Positions 36,987 to 46,090 of a DNA stretch of 46,090 nucleotides are shown here, one piece after another. This DNA is from Octopus bimaculoides (taxonomy: Eukaryota). The translations under genes were made by a program, and so were the position numbers. The stretch lies in the NCBI RefSeq assembly GCF_001194135.2, contig NC_068988.1, forward strand, positions 63,012,984-63,059,073. Direction: 5' to 3'. Position 1 is the first letter of the stretch. Each line of letters opens with the position of its first letter. The notes beneath the pieces were generated by a model. That model did no database searches. It was not told the DNA's origin and was given only the letters and a program-made list of their open reading frames with translations.

Positions 36987-39900
36987 TGCTTTAGTGATTA
37001 AACATGGAATGGCTTGATTATGTATTATGTTAATTCAACTCTATAAAAGACTTCCCACGGCCACTGTCTTCAAAAAGCAAATTAGTATAACAAACGAGCT
37101 ACGAAACTATTATAAATTAAATTTCCACCCCTAGAAAAAGTGTAAAAACGAATATGACTAATGCAAGTTGATAGTTTCAACAAAGGTCTACTTCGGCAAT
37201 ATTGACAAGTGTTCAATTCAGTTTATGACGTGAGAAGCGAAAGATGCTGAAACTTCACTTTTATATTTTGCTTTGTATGACATAATTTCTCTATAACCTT
37301 TGAAGAATACCATATTTTCCGTATATTAGTGTAATTAACGTGTGCATGAAGCACCAATGTGTCTGGCTAAAAGTTGTAATGGAATGCATAAGTTAATACT
37401 TTAGTCTTCTGGGAATATTTTCTCGTATCGTACAAGCAGGAGTTTGATATTTTCTTAATTCACAGAAGGATTTACGTTATGCTGAGAAGAATAATGTATT
37501 AATATCGTTAGAACCTTATAACGGATTCATTACATTATTTTACTGCCTCTTGCGTTCAGAAATATATTCATTCTTATACGCTACGTATACTTACATATAT
37601 ACAGATATGGATATGTGTATTTATGTACGTACACACATACATAAACACACATAGATAGAGAAACAACATAGGGGTTTTATTGAAACTGAACTTTACAAAC
37701 AGTTTTCAGTGTCATAAAATCGGTTGTTAGAGCGAAGAGAACATCTACCTGATGATAATTGAGTGAAGTTCTACTTAATACTTTGAGAAGTTTCTCAGCT
37801 TCAATAAAACACAAAATTTTACTCTACATATGGTATTCGAGAATTATCTTTATTTTCTCTCTTTTTTATTGATCTTCTCTGCACGTCTATATGTGCGTAG
37901 TTTTAATCCCACAGTGTGGAAACTTGGAGAATTGTATTTTACATATTCCTCAGTGAGACATAATTTTTTGAGCAAGCTTCGGCAGACAGAAGTTTAGTAG
38001 AAATCCATGGGATGGATTTAACTGTACCAGCTATCCGATGGCCTAGCTCAGTAACTTGTTTTGTTCCGCTACTTCTTGCCGACAATAGCGTTAAGCTTGA
38101 TGAAACACTCACACACTTACATGCAAAATTCTCCGGTGAGTAATTTGACTGAAGAAGCAGCTGTATCCTCATGGTTTAAAACGAACACGGGATCATTGCA
38201 TACTTACTTTTCCACACAGGGCTGTCTTAGCAACATTGTTGATGTCCATGAAAATCAATGTACTAGGCCGTATAGTATTTATTTTACGACTGATGAGCAA
38301 AGCAAGCCGAGATCAGTATTGGAACCGACCCCTACTTGTGGAGCCTCTCTTCAAGCCCTCAGTGGGCTCATGATTTAACACATCAATGAGTATGGATGCG
38401 CTCATTACCTATCAACTGTGAGTAGAAAGTTGTAGCTTTAATTCTAGTGAAATTGTACTCCTGTTCACGTTAACAGTTTATTAAAGTCATTAATAAACAT
38501 ACTAGTAATGTTGGTGCTTCTGACCATATCTGACGTAAATGTTCTCGAAATATTCTTAATGTCTTTGCGTCTGATGCAGTCGCTGCCCAGTCAGCTTTAG
38601 CCGATTCCCACCGAAGAAAGCCAATATCACGCAAATATATTTCATTCATAAAAGATATACTTCTATCTATTGTTATGCATATAGTTACTGTTGTGGTGTG
38701 CCTAGACAAAACAGTGACAAAATAAATCTTCAGTCGACTTATTTCATTATCCAGACGCATGTCCTCAAACATGTGTCACTGATGTCTCTGACCAATAGAA
38801 AACAAGGAGTGGAGCATATTGTATAACAATATAGACATTTATCAGGAAAGCGTTTAGTATTAAAAACATTCTAAAGTTGTTTAATCCATGATAAATTACA
38901 TCCACATCGAAAACAAAAATATATAGTTTAAATTATAATTCTTGTTAACGCCAATGTGAAGAGCTTCAATAATCTTGGTGCAGAAGAAATCACTGGGAAA
39001 CATTTTCCGTACCATTAATTGCCCGATTAATGACTGATGTTTTCACTTAGAATTTACCGTCTCTGGCCATGACGATTTATAAGTAAACAGTAGTTAGACG
39101 ATGTTTCGAAGAGGATGTCTAATAACAGCTAAATATGTACGGAATTTTTTGCGTAAACGCTTAAATACCACAGATGATATCTACTACTCAGTTTGGGCCC
39201 GGTTCTGATTTTTGTGAATTTTAATATCATATTTGTTAAGTTGACTTTCTTAGCGTTAGCGCAAATTATCTCTCGTCTATTAGACATAAACACCTAACAT
39301 GGTACATACTCAGATATACGTGTACAAACACACAGGCACACACACACACATGTATACTTATGCATGCTTATAAACGCATACACACACACGCATATTTATA
39401 TATNNNNNNNNNNNNNNNNNNNNNNNNNNNNNNNNNNNNNNNNNNNNNNNNNNNNNNNNNNNNNNNNNNNNNNNNNNNNNNNNNNNNNNNNNNNNNNNNN
39501 NNNNNNNNNNNNNNNNNNNNNNNNNNNNNNNNNNNNNNTAAATGTATACCCATATATATACGTACATATATATATACATACATTCATACACATATAAATA
39601 TATGCCGCCATATATATATATATATATATATCAATATGTGCACATTACACTTCTATCTGCTTTTAAAACTGACTAACTTATCTGAGATACACAATGTCTA
39701 TCCAATTCGACATAATGCTTAACATTTTAGATCTTTTTTTATACGAAAGAAAAATCGCTTAATCTCTCTTTAAATGCCATAGTTTACAGTATTGGCATTT
39801 TCATTACATACCGTCATTTTACCCAACTACTTATGTCTCTATTTAGCCAATAATCTACTTGACTTCGGTTTCTGTATATTAGAAATCTATATGATTGATT

Positions 39901-41660
39901 CCGACTTTCTTAAACTCATCCAAGTTCTCTGTAACACCAAAATTATCTTTCATGTGAGAGTAATTCACAAATAATAGCACTATAGAGATTGAACGATAAT
40001 CAGTAAAAGACGGACTTTACGTAGTCTATGTATAGCTAAGTACAACGTATCTTACATCTCCATTTGCATATCAGATCATTTGAAGAGGGTATGAGTATAG
40101 ATGATATAAGTTTATGCACGATAATTAGAGGAATGCATAATGTCAATGGCTAAATTTATAGTGTATGTAACAATGTGCTAAAGTACTGTGCTTTTATATA
40201 CTGCCATAAACGCTATTGTTGATCTTTTCGTTCTCAAGTCTCGGCTGGTCTTGGTTGTGTGGTCCTGAGATCAAATAGATATCACTTTGGGTCATATTAT
40301 TTTCCCATTGTTTCGTCTTCCTTTATTTTTCCGGTTACAGAATATCTAAGACTATATGACGATGTGTGTTATTTTGTGTTCCTTTTTTTTGTAAGATGAC
40401 AAGACGTGATTTGATAGATGTGTACTTGTTTTTTCTAGCTCGACTAGCATGCCTGTAGATTTTACGTCATTGATTTATTACATACTTGGCATTTCTTATA
40501 CTATTATGGTAGTACTTGCAGTGCACTGTATTTCTTAAGCAATGTATATTAGCTTTCAAAAGCTTACTTCGCCAATCTCCTGATGTTTTATTGTTTAACA
40601 CAAGATCAATTTTGGCCGTGCAGAATTAGGTTCACATCTGTTCCAGTCTTGACCATCATATCAAAACCTACCTCATTCAACGTAACCGGTCACTTTTACA
40701 GTGGTTCGGAGTGTGATTTAGAGGGATATTATACAGTTATTTATAGCAATTCGAGCGACCATGAAAAAGCAATTTCTTTGTCTCTTTTCATCAAACTAGA
40801 TATTATTGACGTTGGTGTCACTGATGTTTTTGTGTTTCGCCCAATGTTAGATTTATCCAAACTGAATTGAAATGTTAGATTTATCCAAACTGAATCGTGT
40901 TCAAATGCATTCCCTCTGAAATCGATCGTCCTGATTTTTTCCCCATAGAGGAGTGAATCAGCGGTAACCTTCATGTGTGTGACAGCAAAGATAATTTTCC
41001 AGATGACTTATTGTCTTCTTATGTTTAATGGATGAAGCGACATAACAGACGTATTTTGTTCGCATTTTATATCTCAGTCAGAAACTCATTGAAGTTTTAC
41101 ATACCATAGTAAATTGTACAAGCATTGTCCAATTGATGTGTAATACATAAGGCTCTAAATGCCGAACATTTCCAGAGGAGAAAATATGAATTCTTGGCTT
41201 ATATGCCACAAAATACCAGATTCAATAATAATCTGCTTAAATTTGATGTGAAGAAATTTTATAAGTTTATCACGTTAATAAATACTCGGTGTACGCAAAT
41301 GAAAGAGCATTTAATTTAAATTGCCCTGTGTGTATCATATTAACTTAATCCACCCCATTATATACCGGGGCAAGATGAAAACATCACAGCCGTCATTTGT
41401 AAGATCCACAGAAGTGTTTAAAACATAGTTGAAGCTTGCCTGTAATGTGCACCCAATTTTAACGAGATTAAATGAATTTTTTCCAACGTGTTTAGACATT
41501 CATCGGTTTTAACAATATTAACAATAATCGTAAACGCTTTAAATTTGAGGAACAGTGTGTACCTTTTCACGTTTCAGTACAGAGCAGGATCATTACCAAC
41601 TGCTGTGTACCCTCTTTAACTACCCACAAACAATCTGATTATAAACCCACTAATACTCAT

Positions 41661-41815
41661 TTCAAATTTTGTCACAAGGCCAGGAAGTTTGAAATTGAGG
41701 GGTGATCGATTACATCAACCGCAGTGTTTAACTGATATTTATTTTATCGGCTCCAAAGCGTTGAAAACCATACAGGATCACGGTGGCATTAACATTTAGA
41801 ACGTAAGAACGGAGA
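41661..41815 (-). mobile_element. SINE family 1, diverged partial copy
   Basis: ttcaaattttgtcacaaggccag..gatcgattacatcaaccgcagtg..ttattttatcgg..tttagaacgtaag. Confidence 0.7.
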
Positions 41816-44443
41816 AAAAAGAAATCCACTAACATCAGAGAGTAATATATACAGGATAGGTGTGTCTACATTTTTATCTCATTACTTTGCTGCTAGTTTG
41901 AACAATAAATTACTGGTATGTTAACAGTCTTTTGTTTCATTGCTATAATGAACTATAGAATATATCTACAGATTATCAGTCGACAGTGTTACGATGATTT
42001 TAAACAATGCATCTATATAGTGAATTTGAGTGAATTGTAGTACATGCACGCTCCAATCCTAGTCGAGGTGGTCGTCAGCAGCTGCGTACATTCTTTTACT
42101 AACCAAGAACAAATAGCTAATCCAACCAGTTATATCAGTTTTTGATTGAAACTGGATAGACAAATGCACATGTATAATACTTACGGTAGAATTTAATTAT
42201 GGCATTTGTTTGTTGTGTGTTTCGTCGATAGTTAAAGATGGCGCGAAGAAGTTTGACCAACTTTCAGACTTAGATTCAACTGTATACGTTGTTCCGTTCA
42301 ACTACTTATTCTATAGACGTGTTGTTCAAATTCGACATAATATACAGTACTGGCTAATAAATCTACTAATATGTAACACGTGTTTGTCACAAGGAATCAA
42401 TGGCAAGGGGAATTTGTTTGTTATAATTATATCCACAATATTATCGTATATTTTCGTAGAAATCTCTTAACCAGCTCTCTCCCAAATATAAGCACGGTGG
42501 TGAATTATCAGTTTCGGAGAATTACGTTAACTGTTTACTTTATTTAATTATAATTGTTTTTATAATTTGACAATTGTTGTCTCCCAACAAACATTTAAGG
42601 AGAAAATAATATATTTACCTTACAAGCAGTCCATTGTTTTCACCGAGAGTAAAATATTCATGGAGTTTCCCTTTCTTTTTTTTTTCTTCTATTTTTTCCG
42701 TAAAAATAAACTTTGACAATTATAAGATAAATATTAGTCTTCCTTGCATAGAATATATAAATTGAATGAATGGATTGAATAAATTCGTTGTTGTACAATT
42801 TTTTGAGTTGCTTTTCCATATATCATAATTGAAAATAATGGACCTCGTATTTTAAAGGAAATGAGCAATTTATGACGTCATAATATAAATGTAACGAAAT
42901 TTTTAGCACAAATATAAAATAAAGGTAAAAATATCAAAAATAAAATCTCTCAATTTTCCAGTGTTGACAAGCCATGATTGAAATGATGTCATAATAATGA
43001 GTTTTTCAACCTATACGAATTATATTGCTCAATGAAATCCATGAAATATCACGTGATGATCTATTGGTCTCAAGAACACAATGACAAACGCACAAAAAAA
43101 GACTTTCATTATAATATACATTTATTCATGTATGCCCTGTCCTAGCGCGTTGACAATTGTTAAAATAATTACCAAACTCGCATATGTCAATTAGTTACAT
43201 TTCATTGATTTCTTATTCCAAAGCCTGTAAAGTTCAAATTTGCACTCCTCATTTTCGGAATCATAACTAAAGTACTGCGTAAAAGGATCGCTTCCACTCT
43301 CCACAATTCTCTCTGAAAGAGATTGGCAAATACACGGGTTCCGACAGTTTTACAGCGCTCACGTTTAGAACAACGACTCCCTACGTGACAACAAGGCCCT
43401 AGGAAAGAGTCCCCATATTATCCAATATGAGTTACATTGTGCAAAACGATAGGGTACGATATGATGAAGATTCAGTATCCATTTCTTGCACACCAGTCAC
43501 AGAATTTTCATGCAGAAGCAATTATTTATACATGTGGTTTCCTACCGCAATGGCCATTTAAAATGAGGATAACTCTCCCCACATAACATGGTGGGATGAG
43601 AAATTTGAATTTGTGACTGGGGAAAATGAGGAAAAAGTGTATTTTCAATTTCACATATTTAATTTTATTGTTCTATTTGTAAGTTAGAGATGGAGGTAAG
43701 CATGTACAGCAGTATTTCATTTATTTGAGAATGACTGAGCGTAATATAACCTGTAATTTATAAGTTAGATGAATTACGATGTGATGTATTTCACTGAAAT
43801 TTAAATTTATTTTTTAAAATTAAAACCTGGATGAAATCCATGCATTTTTCCTTTATGGTTATAATTTATGGCATAGTTTCACTGTTTGACAACATAATCA
43901 AACAATTTTAGCATAAATATATTAGTCGAAACTTTCACCAACTGCACAGCACTGCTTCATTTGATCGCCGTCTCTCGTATGTTGATGTCTACATAACTTA
44001 CTGCTTACCAATTTTCTGATGGCAATAATTGTTCTTGTCATAAATGGGAAGCCTAAATTTTGGAGGAGGAGGTGGTGTATTGAATACCATAGATTCAGCG
44101 CATAAACGTTACAATATTTTGTCGATGCCAGAAGAGTGAATGGCGAAATTGGCTTCAGGGAGAGTTTAATGCACAATCCCAAGATCAAGAACAACATGTT
44201 GTAACATATTTTATAAGGTTGCACCAACCATTTTCGGGTACAGCCATAATCGATTACGTTGCCTGAAGTATATGAGACGTATATACATTTTATCTCTCTT
44301 TGTTTGTCTCGATGTTATTTGAATTGGGAACGTACAGGGATACAAATACACAGAGCAACTTGTTTTGACCAGTGTTCACTGACTCAGCCGAAAGTTTTCG
44401 TACTAATAGTTAATTGCTTAGGATTTACAAACAATCCCATCAT

Positions 44444-44552
44444 ACTTGGGGGAGAAAAGGTATTCGACGTCATCAGCTCCACTACTTCACAAGTATATGT
44501 ATTGACCTCCGAAAGGATGAAAGGCACAGTTGTCCTTGATGGGATTTAAACC
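44444..44552 (-). mobile_element. SINE family 1, highly diverged fragment
   Basis: ttgacctccgaaaggatgaaaggcacagttgtcctt..gggatttaaac core match only. Confidence 0.55.
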
Positions 44553-44707
44553 ACTAATATAATGAGCCAGAAGGGTCTTTATCCGAAGCTCTATTGATTT
44601 TGCTAGCATGAAGCCTTACCATTCTTGGCAATATTAATTTGCATCATAAACAAAGCACTACAAATTCTTTGAAGAAAACACAGAGATATCCATCTGAGTA
44701 CTCACCT

Positions 44708-45080
44708 GGTGGAGGCGCAATGGCCCAGTGGTTAGGGCAGTGAACTCACGGTCATAGGATCGCGGTTTCGATTCCCAGACCGGGCGTTGTGAGTGTTTAT
44801 TGAGCGAAAACACCTAAAGCTCCACGCGGCTCTGGTAGGGGGTGGAGGCGAACCCTGCTGTACACTTTCACCACAACTTTCTCTCACTCTTACTTCCTGT
44901 TTCTGTTGTGCCTGTATTTGAAAGGGTCAGCCTTGTCACACTGTGTCACGCTGAATATCCCCGAGAACTACGTTAAGGGTACACGTGTCTGTGGAGTGCT
45001 CAGCCACTTGCACGTTAATTTCACGAGCTGGCTGTTCTGTTGATCGGATCAACTAGAATCTAAACAACAACAACAACAAC
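44708..45080 (+). mobile_element. tRNA-derived SINE family 3, full length, with (CAA)n tail
   Basis: ggcgcaatggcccagtggttagggc (A box), gcggtttcgattcc (B box), body matching 24858-25173, and tail aacaacaacaac. Confidence 0.92.
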
Positions 45081-45997
45081 TCCCCTGGTGTATTTTATTA
45101 GAGTTAGAATGGTGGAAAATGAGATTTGATCACACAAAGTGATGACGATGATGCGGACGAGGAGGATTCAGATGAGGAGAAAGGGAATGGACTTTCCGCT
45201 GGGTACGACGATGACCTTTGAGTGTTTAGGTCAAATGAACCCCCGATACGTTATAATCACGCATGTCTGGAGAAATATCCAAAATACAGATGTACATATG
45301 ATGTAATTCTAAAAACAAATCTCAACCATACATGTCATTGCATCCGAAAGTATTCTAGCCAGGTCCTCAGTAACAAATTCCACAAGTTTTAGGTTGAATC
45401 GTAACTATAGTAAATTAAAAAGCTTGCCCGAGATGTCATATCTTGAATCGAAATCAGAGCCCCATGATTGCAAAATAAGTAACTTAATTACTCGGATAGG
45501 ACACAATGAAGCATTTCATCTCTTCAATGAATCATGCAAGCCTTATTGCTCACGCGTAGTAATACACATAATCACGCGTAGTAATACACATCATCTACAT
45601 TTTTAGTGGAAGATAAAGAAAGAAATATTTCCAAAGTTTCTTGTCTCAGTGCTGATTCCAATGAAGTTTTCATTATATTTTTTTCAAAAATCGTATAACA
45701 ATAGGCATTATATACAATTTAATGGTTTTTTTTTTATCAATGACGTCTTCACCTCCACTACATCCTCATAGCCTCCCATCTTTCGTCCACTTTCTCTCTC
45801 CATCTCTCTCTCTCTCTATNNNNNNNNNNCCCATCGCCATCAATGTTATTCTCGTCATCATGGTATACACATCCTCCAACACTTCCACCATCACCAACTC
45901 CATTACTGTCGTCGTCATTATCATCATCAATGATTTCGTATCTTGTAGCTGCTATTACGGCTATTACTACTGGTGATGGAAAGGCGCAAGCTGATAT

Positions 45998-46078
<81 letters not shown>

Positions 46079-46090
46079 TAATAATAATAA
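45998..46090. repeat. Compound (TAC)n-(TAA)n microsatellite
   Basis: Directly visible, runs off the window end. Confidence 0.97.

Noticed and set aside
43190-43311. Minus-strand acceptor (ccaatctctttcag) followed by RIVESGSDPFTQYFSYDSENEECKFELYRLW
   Set aside because: No homology recognised, no partner exon, and an alternative frame is equally open.
44708-44785. tRNA-like sequence (also at 25095-25173, 15545-15614, 8440-8520 and about 19150-19215)
   Set aside because: A and B boxes are present, but there is no complete cloverleaf and each continues into a SINE body or is decayed. These are SINE heads, not tRNA genes.
45139-45222. Acidic peptide SDDDDADEEDSDEEKGNGLSAGYDDDL
   Set aside because: Degenerate GAT/GAG low-complexity run bounded by stops.

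Overview
AT-rich, gene-poor eukaryotic DNA from a gapped draft assembly. It has 15 N-runs: 499-1064, 6600-7441, 9616-10452, 13333-13342, 14107-14265, 16381-16900, 17429-17848, 19470-19729, 22913-22922, 26270-26437, 29201-29577, 30534-30798, 35465-36083, 39404-39538 and 45820-45829; most abut (TA)n. The microsatellite load and SINE/LINE families resemble an octopus/coleoid cephalopod genome (inference from recognition, not a search). I cannot support any host protein-coding gene; almost all ORFs in the supplied track are N-run or microsatellite artefacts. What I can support: (i) a Helitron Pif1-helicase C-terminal fragment (10454-11017), bracketed by two inverted 75-bp copies of a Helitron 3' end (hairpin + CTAG) at 8928-9002 and 11156-11230; (ii) at least seven fragments of restriction-like-endonuclease (RLE) non-LTR retrotransposons (R4/Dong-like), several stacked head-to-tail through (TAA)n tracts, plus one family whose junctions are (ACAT)n-rich; (iii) about 15 tRNA-derived SINE copies from four families; (iv) many micro- and minisatellites. 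There is no CRISPR array, rRNA or true tRNA. A few weak splice-site or exon candidates are listed at low confidence.
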